Virus record (IMG/VR): IMGVR_UViG_3300025712_000001
DNA length: 58,105 nt
Strand: one strand, 5' to 3'
Source of the DNA: a virus
Shown: positions 1 to 7,277 of the stretch, piece after piece
Layout of the letters: each line of letters starts with the position of its first letter
Numbering within the stretch: the stretch's first letter is position 1
The notes under the pieces: generated by a model
What the model saw: the letters and a program-made list of their open reading frames with translations, nothing else
What the model was told of the DNA's origin: nothing
The model's database searches: none
Translations under genes and position numbers: made by a program

Positions 1-127
1 AATGTTTCTAAAGCAATAGCTGTTGCCATAACTGTATCATCATGACAGCCAGGTGCTGCTTCAGTCTTACCTGATTCTGTAGCAATATAATCTCTTATTT
101 CTTGTATCATTATTTTAGATGGTATTA
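1..127. repeat. 127-bp terminal overlap, identical to 57979..58105
   Basis: Both copies start aatgtttctaaagcaatagc and end ttttagatggtatta. I compared them base by base at both ends. Confidence 0.95.
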
Positions 128-1577
128 ATATATCATCATTCTCTATAGCATTCTTAAGGTTACCTATTATATGTGGCTTAGTTACCTGTGTAGTTCTAAA
201 GCCAACAACAGTTCCTTCTTCTTTTGATATAGAAGATATTTTAGTCTGTCTATATAAGTTTACATAATTCATTTGAGTAAGTCTAGATAATGTGGCTACA
301 CCCATCGAGTTACTTTCAACTGTTAATAAAGCGTTGTTATAGTATCTACCTAGATAAAACAACAAATCACCAAACTTACTAGGGTCTAGATAATTATCTC
401 TAAACAAAGCAATTACTCTTCTTTCTGTATCTAAAACTACAGCACTAGAGTAATCTTGGCCAACCCCTAAAGCTACATCTGCAGCTATAACATAGTTGTT
501 ATCCCAATCAGGATAATCCCATATATGTAGTTTACCTTCACTAGAAGTATCCCACGTACATGCATCATAATCAAAATTCATTTTCTTTTCTGGTTCTACC
601 GCTACAAGCTTAGCTGTCTTCTCTGCATTAAACACAGAAGAGCCAGCCGTAATAAACGCTTCATCAGGAGACGCTGGGTATTCCTGGCGGAACTTTAGTT
701 CCCCACCTTCAGCAATCTTCAACCGACGCCAGTAGAGTTGATCATTAGTTAAATCATAATCCTCTACCAGTAGTTCCTCTTCTGAGGAGCGTTCAAAACC
801 TTCCGGAGCTTCTCTACAATATTCTGGTGTATTATACCACGGAAGAAATAACGGGAGATAATCATTCTCTCCTGCTACAGCACCTTTCCATAACCTATAA
901 AATTCTCCCTTAGCACCATTAGCCGTAGACTCAATGATAACCTCAGTACCTGGAGCTTCTGATATACCCTGAAACAATCCAGCTAGAATTTTCTCATCGT
1001 GTATCCAGAATGCAACTTCAGATAGATGCGCAATTGTTGGAGTTGTACCTCGTCCCGCTTCGGGTGCACCTGCCGTGTATAGTCTGTAAGAACCCACTGG
1101 CCTATCGCCCGCATCATTCTTAGGAAAGTGTGGAGCAGAAATAACGATTTCCTTTGCATTGGACTTCACCTCATCAGGTCTATACTCAGGATTCATATTC
1201 TTTATAATATTTCTACTCATTGTAAACAAGGCATCCGAAGTAGCACTATCATGTGCCATAACTACAGATCGTGCATGGGGAGTATAGTATGTTTTCCAAA
1301 ATACTCTACCCGCACAATAAGTCGATATGCCTTGCTGTCGAGCCTTCAAGATAATAGCGCGGACCTTACCGGTCTCCGCTAACTGCTTATCCAATGCTTT
1401 TGTGATTTCATCTTGACACGCGTTAAAATTAAAATCAACAAAGCCAGCTCTAGCATCTTTTGTTATAATCTTTATATTATCTTTAGCAAAGCTAGTGAAG
1501 TCACTTTCATATTGTTTAAGCTTAGCTCTTTTCTGCTTTTCTTCTAGCAGCTTTAATAGCTTCTTTCTATCTTTCAT
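1..1577 (-). CDS. terL: Terminase large subunit, first 525 codons (the CDS runs off the window start and continues at 57888..57978 because the record is circularised)
   Basis: Absent from the ORF track because this piece has no stop. My minus-strand translation from ATG 1577 (SD GAGGA upstream) stays open to base 1: MKDRKKLLKLLEEKQ...ILKARQQGISTY (Walker-A-like)...TIAHLSEVAFW...VIAADVALGVGQDYSSAVVLD (RNaseH-type nuclease)...GCHDDTVMATAIA. 91 + 1577 nt gives 556 codons in frame with ORF 57888..58088. Confidence 0.9.
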   Translation of the reverse strand, partial: MKDRKKLLKLLEEKQKRAKLKQYESDFTSFAKDNIKIITKDARAGFVDFNFNACQDEITKALDKQLAETGKVRAIILKARQQGISTYCAGRVFWKTYYTPHARSVVMAHDSATSDALFTMSRNIIKNMNPEYRPDEVKSNAKEIVISAPHFPKNDAGDRPVGSYRLYTAGAPEAGRGTTPTIAHLSEVAFWIHDEKILAGLFQGISEAPGTEVIIESTANGAKGEFYRLWKGAVAGENDYLPLFLPWYNTPEYCREAPEGFERSSEEELLVEDYDLTNDQLYWRRLKIAEGGELKFRQEYPASPDEAFITAGSSVFNAEKTAKLVAVEPEKKMNFDYDACTWDTSSEGKLHIWDYPDWDNNYVIAADVALGVGQDYSSAVVLDTERRVIALFRDNYLDPSKFGDLLFYLGRYYNNALLTVESNSMGVATLSRLTQMNYVNLYRQTKISSISKEEGTVVGFRTTQVTKPHIIGNLKNAIENDDILIPSKIMIQEIRDYIATESGKTEAAPGCHDDTVMATAIALET

Positions 1578-1597
1578 AATAAGTCCTCATAACCTTA

Positions 1598-1615
1598 CTT
1601 TAAGGGGACATTCTA
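1598..1615 (-). promoter_or_regulatory. T7-promoter-like 18-mer, copy A, 21 nt upstream of the terL ATG
   Basis: The minus strand reads TAGAATGTCCCCTTAAAG. It matches consensus TWRAATGTCYCCTWWAAG, shared with 1642..1659, 7089..7106 and 39740..39757. Confidence 0.45.
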
Positions 1616-1641
1616 GGATAAAAGCAATAGAACCTTTAATT

Positions 1642-1659
1642 TTAAATGTCTCCTTTAAG
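1642..1659 (+). promoter_or_regulatory. T7-promoter-like 18-mer, copy B, pointing into the rightward arm
   Basis: TTAAATGTCTCCTTTAAG followed by AGGGGAAG. It forms an imperfect inverted repeat with copy A, giving a divergent pair. Confidence 0.4.
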
Positions 1660-1820
1660 AGGGGAAGAACATAAGCCCTGTATATATACTCCTATATCTA
1701 AGGATTACTACTAGGTCTAAGAGGATTTAGTAGGGCCTTGAGAGCTAAGGGTAAGCTTGAGATTAAGTAAATTAAACCTAAATATATATATACCACCTTT
1801 TTATTTTAATACCCCCTATT

Positions 1821-1869
1821 TCTCTATATAATCTTTCTATATAATCTCTAAGATCTCTTATAATCTTAT
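1821..1869 (+). promoter_or_regulatory. Cluster of three perfect TATAAT hexamers inside short direct repeats (candidate host-type early promoters or origin-like region)
   Basis: TCTATATAATCT occurs twice (1823..1834, 1836..1847), with a variant at 1855..1869. TATAAT sits at 1827, 1840 and 1859. The -35 matches are weak. Confidence 0.25.
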
Positions 1870-2044
1870 AGCTTCTATAAAAATACCCAAGAGTATTTTT
1901 TAAATAGTATCTTAAACTAACCTATTTAATTTACCAAGTAGTTTACTTGTAGTACATCGTGTAGAATCTATTAATAACTACCGACGTCCAAGCTTTCTAC
2001 CAGTAACTAAATCAATCTATAAAAACTCATGAAAGGAATATACT

Positions 2045-2185
2045 ATGGATGAACTAGAATTCATATGGCTAGTAATAGAAGTATGGATACTACCTGTTAT
2101 AATAGTAGGTGGTATATCTTTATTTATGATATTGTTTCTATGGCAGATAATATCAATCGCAATAGATCAATACAAAAACCTATAG
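2045..2185 (+). CDS. Small membrane protein, 46 aa (not in ORF track)
   Basis: ATG 2045 follows a GAAAGGA SD. The product MDELEFIWLVIEVWILPVIIVGGISLFMILFLWQIISIAIDQYKNL is hydrophobic. It is the first ORF of the rightward arm. Confidence 0.45.
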   Translation: MDELEFIWLVIEVWILPVIIVGGISLFMILFLWQIISIAIDQYKNL

Positions 2186-2197
2186 AAAGGATAAGTA

Positions 2198-2371
2198 ATG
2201 AAAGATAGAAATGGTAATGTACTACAAGGTATATCAGCACAAGGTAAAGTAAGTAGAAGACAAAAAAGACAGAGACAACAAAAGATATGGCAAACACTTA
2301 CTAATATATCTGTTGTCATAGGTAGTATATGTCTAGTAACAGGTCTTACTTTAATCTTAGCAAGTATTTAA
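2198..2371 (+). CDS. Small protein with a C-terminal transmembrane segment, 57 aa (not in ORF track)
   Basis: ATG 2198 follows a GAAAGGA SD. A basic RRQKRQRQQK stretch precedes the hydrophobic ISVVIGSICLVTGLTLILASI. I counted 58 codons by hand. Confidence 0.5.
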   Translation: MKDRNGNVLQGISAQGKVSRRQKRQRQQKIWQTLTNISVVIGSICLVTGLTLILASI

Positions 2372-2376
2372 AAAAT

Positions 2377-2400
2377 AAAAAACGCCCAAAAGCGTTTTCT
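2377..2400 (+). promoter_or_regulatory. Conserved 23-nt hairpin element, copy 1 of 3 (terminator, processing site or hairpin promoter)
   Basis: AAAAACGCCCAAAAGCGTTTTCT has a 7-bp stem AAAACGC/GCGTTTT. It starts 6 nt after the stop at 2371, and exactly 29 nt separate it from ATG 2430. Confidence 0.5.
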
Positions 2401-2429
2401 TAATAGTATTAATAACAGAAAGGTATAAT

Positions 2430-2693
2430 ATGTGGGATGCAGAATTCAAGAAAGTAATAAAAGATTTACTTAATCTTGCAGATCAAACACAGGCAGATAT
2501 AGATTTTATTGATAATGTGGATTCTGTAGCTGACCTACAAAAGGCAGGATTAATACTAGAAGAAATAGAAGAACATATAGAAGCATTATCACACTACATA
2601 ACAGCTAATAAAATAGTAAGAGATAAACTTGAACAACTCAGTAAAAAGATAGTTGATAAACACTTAGGTAAATCAGGTATCAAATTCCATTAG
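2430..2693 (+). CDS. Hypothetical early protein, 87 aa, acidic and helical
   Basis: ORF track; GAAAGG SD upstream. Confidence 0.6.
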   Translation: MWDAEFKKVIKDLLNLADQTQADIDFIDNVDSVADLQKAGLILEEIEEHIEALSHYITANKIVRDKLEQLSKKIVDKHLGKSGIKFH

Positions 2694-2705
2694 AAAGGAT
2701 ATAAA

Positions 2706-2963
2706 ATGGCTATGATGAAAAGAATGTACGACGAAATGCACGATGCGGTAACTGAAATAGTACAAGAGTCTTGGGACTATGCTGTAGGTGAAGTGCACAC
2801 AATTCGTGATGATGCTACAGATAAAGCTAGAGATCTTATATACGATATAGGTAAAGAAAAAGGTCTTGATCATGATGATGTAGAGTGGCTGTTCAAAGGT
2901 TCAGAATATGAAACAATAGAAGAGTTCATACAAGAACAATTCGATCACTGCTGGGATCTATAA
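2706..2963 (+). CDS. Hypothetical early protein, 85 aa, strongly acidic
   Basis: ORF track; GAAAGGA SD. By my count 24 of 85 residues are D/E against 8 K/R. Confidence 0.6.
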   Translation: MAMMKRMYDEMHDAVTEIVQESWDYAVGEVHTIRDDATDKARDLIYDIGKEKGLDHDDVEWLFKGSEYETIEEFIQEQFDHCWDL

Positions 2964-2965
2964 CT

Positions 2966-2988
2966 AAAAACGCCCGAAAGCGTTTTCT
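2966..2988 (+). promoter_or_regulatory. Conserved 23-nt hairpin element, copy 2 of 3
   Basis: AAAAACGCCCGAAAGCGTTTTCT starts 3 nt after the stop at 2963. It differs from copy 1 only in the loop. Confidence 0.5.
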
Positions 2989-3167
2989 AACTAGTGTAAT
3001 AATTGTAAAATCCTATAGTAAATCTCTATAGTTAATTATATACTTCAACAATAATATTATCTCGTGAAAAGCCATTTAATATTATATAAGTGACCTGAGT
3101 ATGTCATAAACAAAAGTTTAAACTGCTCTCAAAATCAAATCTAAAAACAACTGAAAGGTAATTCCTA

Positions 3168-3659
3168 ATGAATAATTTTGAACCAAGAAACTATAGAATA
3201 GATAATGTAGAACTTAACTGGGCTAAACTAACTAAGCCTGTATCACCATTCGGTCAGCCACAATACGAGCTGCAAATAGCTACTAAGGATAAAGCAATTG
3301 CAAATGACTGGAAAACTAATCACTTAACTGTCAAAGACAAAGACGGTAAATATAGTGTATCACTAAAGCGTAAAGCTCTCAAAGCTGATGGCTCAGAAAA
3401 TGGTGCTCCAAGAGTTGTAGGTGCAGATGCTCAACCAATTGATGCATCATCGCTAGGTAATGAATCTACAGGTAATGTAATTGTATATCAAATGTATTAC
3501 AAAACTGCAGGTCGTGAAGGTATTGCAAGTTCTCTAACTGCTGTACAAGTAACAGACTTCAAAGAATATACAGGTTCAGTAGAATTCGAGCCGATTGTAG
3601 ATATACATGGTGCATCACAAGAATCTGATACTACACAGCAAGCAGAAATAGCATTCTAA
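3168..3659 (+). CDS. ssDNA-binding protein, T7 gp2.5-like (DUF2815-like)
   Basis: 163 aa. The N-terminus (RIDNVELNWAKLTKP...YELQIATKD) recalls gp2.5-type SSBs. The acidic C-terminal tail ends in Phe (QESDTTQQAEIAF), as in T7 gp2.5. The gene sits in a T7-type replication context. Confidence 0.5.
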   Translation: MNNFEPRNYRIDNVELNWAKLTKPVSPFGQPQYELQIATKDKAIANDWKTNHLTVKDKDGKYSVSLKRKALKADGSENGAPRVVGADAQPIDASSLGNESTGNVIVYQMYYKTAGREGIASSLTAVQVTDFKEYTGSVEFEPIVDIHGASQESDTTQQAEIAF

Positions 3660-3724
3660 TGCTTGCTATTTATATAAAGCTGCAACTTATACTATATATT
3701 GCATCAGCGTTAACATAAAATTAT

Positions 3725-3750
3725 AGGCGTCTACAATACTGTAGGCGTCT
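3725..3750 (+). terminator. Hairpin after the SSB gene (candidate attenuator or terminator)
   Basis: AGGCGTCTACA-ATAC-TGTAGGCGTCT, an 11-bp stem with 2 imperfect positions, followed by TT. No long U-tract. Confidence 0.3.
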
Positions 3751-3771
3751 TTAAAACCTGAAAGGTATATC

Positions 3772-4356
3772 ATGGCTACACTAGATTACACAGATAATAG
3801 ATCAACTGACGCATATAAATTTACCATAACCGACAAGTCAGACCCACAATTAGCAAAACTTAAAAGAATGATAGCTAAACGTAATAAAGACATACGCATA
3901 ACTTGTCGTAAATATAATCATAAAGTAAACGATGCATATCCTTTACAACGTGTAACTATGATGGCACGCGGTAAGCGTATAGATAAAGGAGAACCACTCC
4001 ATGGAAATGCAAGAACTAATTTACAGCACAGATTTGCAGAGCGCTATGATGTGTACGTCCATAATGATAGGCATAATTGTGATATCCTTAATGAAGAGAT
4101 AATGACAGGTCTAACAGGTCACCAGCAACGCCTAGTATCTAAATACGAGCGAGATATACGTGACTACAAGCGTATAAATCAAGCTATGTTAAAAGATAGT
4201 GGTATCTATACTTACTACCTCGATGATGTAGAATGCCAAGGTACATATGAAAATATGAAAAAAGAATTATATAATTGCTATGTAACTCACGGTAATGCAT
4301 CACCTAATCGCTTTCATACTATGCTAGACATAGGTTGTTGGCAGCATGCTAGATAA
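3772..4356 (+). CDS. Hypothetical protein, 194 aa
   Basis: ORF track; GAAAGG SD. Confidence 0.6.
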   Translation: MATLDYTDNRSTDAYKFTITDKSDPQLAKLKRMIAKRNKDIRITCRKYNHKVNDAYPLQRVTMMARGKRIDKGEPLHGNARTNLQHRFAERYDVYVHNDRHNCDILNEEIMTGLTGHQQRLVSKYERDIRDYKRINQAMLKDSGIYTYYLDDVECQGTYENMKKELYNCYVTHGNASPNRFHTMLDIGCWQHAR

Positions 4357-4630
4357 TATAATTCACGAAGTTACTATAGATATTGAATTAACAGATCAAG
4401 AATGCATAGATCTTATCAATACAGGCTTATCGATTGATGTACAAATTACCATAACAGAATCAAGACGTATGTTACTATTTAATACAGCCTGTATTGATAC
4501 AACAATAGATTTACTGTCATCATTAAATTTAATAGCATCACTAGTTAAACTTAGAGGCATATACAACTATAATATACATAGTATAGATGATCCTTATAAA
4601 TACGAAATAGCTTTTGAACCAGAGGTATAG
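4346..4630 (+). CDS. Hypothetical protein, 94 aa
   Basis: ORF track; overlaps the upstream stop by 11 nt, suggesting coupling. Confidence 0.5.
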   Translation: MLDNIIHEVTIDIELTDQECIDLINTGLSIDVQITITESRRMLLFNTACIDTTIDLLSSLNLIASLVKLRGIYNYNIHSIDDPYKYEIAFEPEV

Positions 4631-4632
4631 TA

Positions 4633-4806
4633 ATGATAAAAGATAATATAAAAAACGCTGAAAAAGTAGCAGAAAAACTACCAGGTATAATTAATATAAT
4701 GTCTCAAAATATACTAACTAACCTATCTAAAATACGACATCTCGAAGAACGTATTAAAATACTAGAACAACGAGATCTACATCGATCTCAAAATAATAAC
4801 TATTAA
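4633..4806 (+). CDS. Hypothetical protein, 57 aa (not in ORF track)
   Basis: ATG 4633 lies 2 nt after the stop at 4630. The product is MIKDNIKNAEKVAEKLPGIINIMSQNILTNLSKIRHLEERIKILEQRDLHRSQNNNY. I counted 58 codons by hand. Confidence 0.4.
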   Translation: MIKDNIKNAEKVAEKLPGIINIMSQNILTNLSKIRHLEERIKILEQRDLHRSQNNNY

Positions 4807-4863
4807 ATTAATAAAAACTTTTAGAATAGTAACGGCTAAAAGTAAACGAAAGGTAAACGTTCT

Positions 4864-4947
4864 ATGTTAACAGAATTTATGATATTTCTCGGCTATTTCC
4901 TACCAGCTTTGTTTATAGTTCGAGCAATTAATTATTATATGAGGTAA
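4864..4947 (+). CDS. Possible 27-aa hydrophobic peptide (not in ORF track)
   Basis: ATG 4864 follows a GAAAGG SD. The product is MLTEFMIFLGYFLPALFIVRAINYYMR. It ends 3 nt before ATG 4951. Confidence 0.3.
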   Translation: MLTEFMIFLGYFLPALFIVRAINYYMR

Positions 4948-4950
4948 TAT

Positions 4951-5208
4951 ATGACAACTTTACAATTACGAAATGATATAACGTGCACAAACGTAACTAA
5001 CGAAATAAAACTAATAGAAAGTATTACAGAAAACTTAGATTATCTAAGATACTTAGTAACTAAAGATGATGATACAGAAATAGGTATAGCTCAAAGCATA
5101 TTTATATTTCTCAGCAATCAACGTAGCGACATAGAGCGTGAAGACAGACGCGAAGCTATAGAACGTAGAAACTTATTAAATAACGGGTATACGAAAGGAT
5201 CTCACTAA
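4951..5208 (+). CDS. Hypothetical protein, 85 aa
   Basis: ORF track. Confidence 0.55.
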   Translation: MTTLQLRNDITCTNVTNEIKLIESITENLDYLRYLVTKDDDTEIGIAQSIFIFLSNQRSDIEREDRREAIERRNLLNNGYTKGSH

Positions 5209-5639
5209 TGGAAGATTTCATAGAAGAACTAGCTTCAAAAGAATATGTAGCGAAATGTACATTAAAATATGAAAGTCACATGACATCCGCAAGAAAACAT
5301 ATACACGCAGTAAATTCAGTTCTAAGAGAATTATGTGCACATTTAGAAGACGAAGAACTTATAGTAGATATGGATACTATAGACGATGCGTCTTTATTAA
5401 TTCGTAATCAAGTTGTTACTACACTAAACGAAATAGATAATATGGTTCATGATGTAACAGAAGTTGTATATGATGACGAAGTAAATATACTAAGTAAAGA
5501 ACTTAAATTAGCAGAAAATAAAATACAAGAGCAAAAAGAATTTATAAGATCATTCAAGCAATGGAGTGCTTATGAATTCAGTGACTACAAATTAAATGAT
5601 AAATTACCAAACACCCACATAGAAAGGAATATAGTATGA
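5208..5639 (+). CDS. Hypothetical protein, 143 aa, acidic
   Basis: ORF track; TAATG overlap with the upstream gene; GAAAGGA SD. Confidence 0.6.
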   Translation: MEDFIEELASKEYVAKCTLKYESHMTSARKHIHAVNSVLRELCAHLEDEELIVDMDTIDDASLLIRNQVVTTLNEIDNMVHDVTEVVYDDEVNILSKELKLAENKIQEQKEFIRSFKQWSAYEFSDYKLNDKLPNTHIERNIV

Positions 5640-5851
5640 ATGGTACAAAATTAGTAAATAGAATAAGAGCTCCATGGTCAATCAAATTCAAAGATGATAA
5701 ACGATTTCCTATCGGCTCTCACAACTTACGATTTATACGTACGACTAATCGCTGGGGTGAGAAAGGTACTCTAAGTAATAATCGAGGTTATTTAAGAGTA
5801 GCAAGAAACTTTGCTGATGGTAAATTCTGTAGTATAGCAGAAATGTCATGA
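5636..5851 (+). CDS. Hypothetical protein, 71 aa, basic
   Basis: ORF track; ATGA overlap; GAAAGGA SD. Confidence 0.55.
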   Translation: MNGTKLVNRIRAPWSIKFKDDKRFPIGSHNLRFIRTTNRWGEKGTLSNNRGYLRVARNFADGKFCSIAEMS

Positions 5852-5994
5852 CAAGAAGTGAGTTCTTTAATTGGCTTCATACATGTCCATCAGTAGAATG
5901 GATAATTACAGAAACCAAAACAACTGAAAATAATTATGATATCATACAAGTAAGTTTCGCTGTTGATGATAATAATGTCGATGACGGAGCATAA
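5848..5994 (+). CDS. Hypothetical protein, 48 aa (not in ORF track)
   Basis: ATGA overlap with the stop at 5851. The product is MTRSEFFNWLHTCPSVEWIITETKTTENNYDIIQVSFAVDDNNVDDGA. I counted 49 codons. Confidence 0.4.
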   Translation: MTRSEFFNWLHTCPSVEWIITETKTTENNYDIIQVSFAVDDNNVDDGA

Positions 5995-6016
5995 GCAAGG
6001 ATAGGAATTAGAAAAT

Positions 6017-6574
6017 ATGTTAATTGATTTATTCAAAATTGGTATTTACAGAAACCATCTCACGTTAAACAATAAAGAATTAAAAGAATATTGTTATGAT
6101 GTTGAACAAAGCCAAAATGGCGTGAACATTTCTAACAAAGGTGGATTTCATTCTCATGATTTAGATACAAATAACATAAAGATAAAAGAATTTATGAGAC
6201 AAATCACTTCATTTGCAAATGTCTATTCAGAACAAATAGGCTACGGTGAAGTAAAACTTTCTAATATATGGTGTAATATAAATTCTTATAAAGATTATAA
6301 CCAATTGCATTGTCATCCTAATTCAAAAGTATCAGGTGTATATTATGTTAAAACTCCTGAAAATTGTGGTGAGATTGAGTTTCACAGCCCAGCTTATCAT
6401 GTATTAGAACAATCAAGCTTAAGTAGAGCAGATAATCCCTATACATCTATATCTTGGTGGATGCCTGCTGAAGAAAGTATATTATATTTATTTCCTAGTT
6501 GGTTAATGCATTTAGTAAGACCTAATATGAACAAAGAAGAAGAAAGAATATCTTTCTCATTTAATTTAAATTAA
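6017..6574 (+). CDS. 2OG-Fe(II) oxygenase superfamily protein (small cupin type, PF13759/TIGR02466-like)
   Basis: LHCHPNSKVSGVYYV...GEIEFHSP...LFPSWLMHLVRPN...RISFSFN. This pattern is typical of the 2OG oxygenases common in marine phages. Recalled from memory. Confidence 0.7.
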   Translation: MLIDLFKIGIYRNHLTLNNKELKEYCYDVEQSQNGVNISNKGGFHSHDLDTNNIKIKEFMRQITSFANVYSEQIGYGEVKLSNIWCNINSYKDYNQLHCHPNSKVSGVYYVKTPENCGEIEFHSPAYHVLEQSSLSRADNPYTSISWWMPAEESILYLFPSWLMHLVRPNMNKEEERISFSFNLN

Positions 6575-6603
6575 CTTATAAAACGGAATAAAGAATTATA
6601 AAA

Positions 6604-6652
6604 TAAAAAAGCCGCTAAGAATACGTTACGTACTCTTAGCGGCTTATTTGTT
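6604..6652. terminator. Bidirectional rho-independent terminator between convergent genes
   Basis: AAAAAA-GCCGCTAAGAATACG-TTA-CGTACTCTTAGCGGC-TTATTTGTTT. A 15-bp stem (6611..6643) is flanked by an A-run and a T-run. It is homologous to the hairpin at 19369..19403. Confidence 0.75.
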
Positions 6653-6665
6653 TGGCTTTTAAAAT

Positions 6666-7067
6666 CTAACCCACATCCGAAAGTTCCTTTATTTTCCGGT
6701 CTAACTCGTCTTCTGTAAGTTCCGTTGTATCTAAATTCCTAGTAGTCTGATCTACTCTTTGCAGTTTAGGCTGTTCATATTCTGCTAATGCAATAGCTAA
6801 TCTCTCAATAGTATCTTGATCTTCAAGCTGCATAGCTTTAATTAGCTGTACTTTAAGAATCTCAACTGCCGTGGGCATCTCTGTAATTATCTCATCTCTG
6901 ATTTTTCTAAATTCAGAAGCAGATAATTTCATGGACTCCCTAAGTTGCCTGTTCTGTCTTCGTGCTTCCGCACCTTTAGCCTGCATCTCCTTAGCTTTCT
7001 CAGAATCCATATAGGGCTTGAGTTGCTTAAGGGAATTAGGATGCTTGCCGCAGTTCTCGTAACCCAT
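6666..7067 (-). CDS. Terminase-small-subunit-like / DNA-binding protein, 133 aa; the only leftward gene inside the rightward arm
   Basis: The track start at 7079 is a TTG. ATG 7067 has a GGAGG SD. The N-terminus GKHPNSLKQLKP and the pattern LAEYEQPKLQRVDQT recall small terminase families. It carries the same promoter-like 18-mer as terL. Confidence 0.35.
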   Translation of the reverse strand: MGYENCGKHPNSLKQLKPYMDSEKAKEMQAKGAEARRQNRQLRESMKLSASEFRKIRDEIITEMPTAVEILKVQLIKAMQLEDQDTIERLAIALAEYEQPKLQRVDQTTRNLDTTELTEDELDRKIKELSDVG

Positions 7068-7080
7068 GTAAACCTCCAAG

Positions 7081-7109
7081 TTAAGTGTCTTTTAGGAGAC
7101 ATTTAAAAT
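7081..7109 (+). promoter_or_regulatory. Sigma70-like promoter candidate for the rightward operon starting at 7145
   Basis: TTAAGT - 17 nt - TAAAAT, located 36 nt upstream of ATG 7145. It overlaps the leftward 18-mer on the opposite strand. Confidence 0.25.
7089..7106 (-). promoter_or_regulatory. T7-promoter-like 18-mer, copy C, 22 nt upstream of ATG 7067
   Basis: The minus strand reads TTAAATGTCTCCTAAAAG followed by ACACTTAACTTGGAGGTTTACATG. Confidence 0.45.
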
Positions 7110-7144
7110 TTTAACAAACCGGCATCTCGTAAGGAGTGAGAATA

Positions 7145-7276
7145 ATGTATATGACAGAAAAACAGAAAGACGATTACATCTTTAAAGTAGAATGGATTGA
7201 AGATGCTATGAAACACGGGAAAATGACCCGTAAAGAAGCAGAAAATTATTGGTACGATCAAGAATATTGGTATTAA
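7145..7276 (+). CDS. Hypothetical protein, 43 aa (not in ORF track)
   Basis: AAGGAG SD at 7131..7136. The product is MYMTEKQKDDYIFKVEWIEDAMKHGKMTRKEAENYWYDQEYWY. The stop lies 1 nt before ATG 7278. Confidence 0.45.
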   Translation: MYMTEKQKDDYIFKVEWIEDAMKHGKMTRKEAENYWYDQEYWY

Positions 7277-7277
7277 A

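Noticed and set aside
1-127. The terminal overlap, considered as a biological direct terminal repeat.
   Set aside because: It falls in the middle of terL and its length (127) matches an assembler k-mer artefact. See the related finding for how to test this.
1128-1382. 84-aa + strand ORF from the track.
   Set aside because: It lies antisense inside the terL reading frame, which I translated without stops. It has no SD and a low-complexity product, so it is a shadow ORF.
7068-7079. Track start at 7079 for the leftward ORF.
   Set aside because: That codon is TTG and falls on the GGAGG sequence, which serves better as the SD for ATG 7067.
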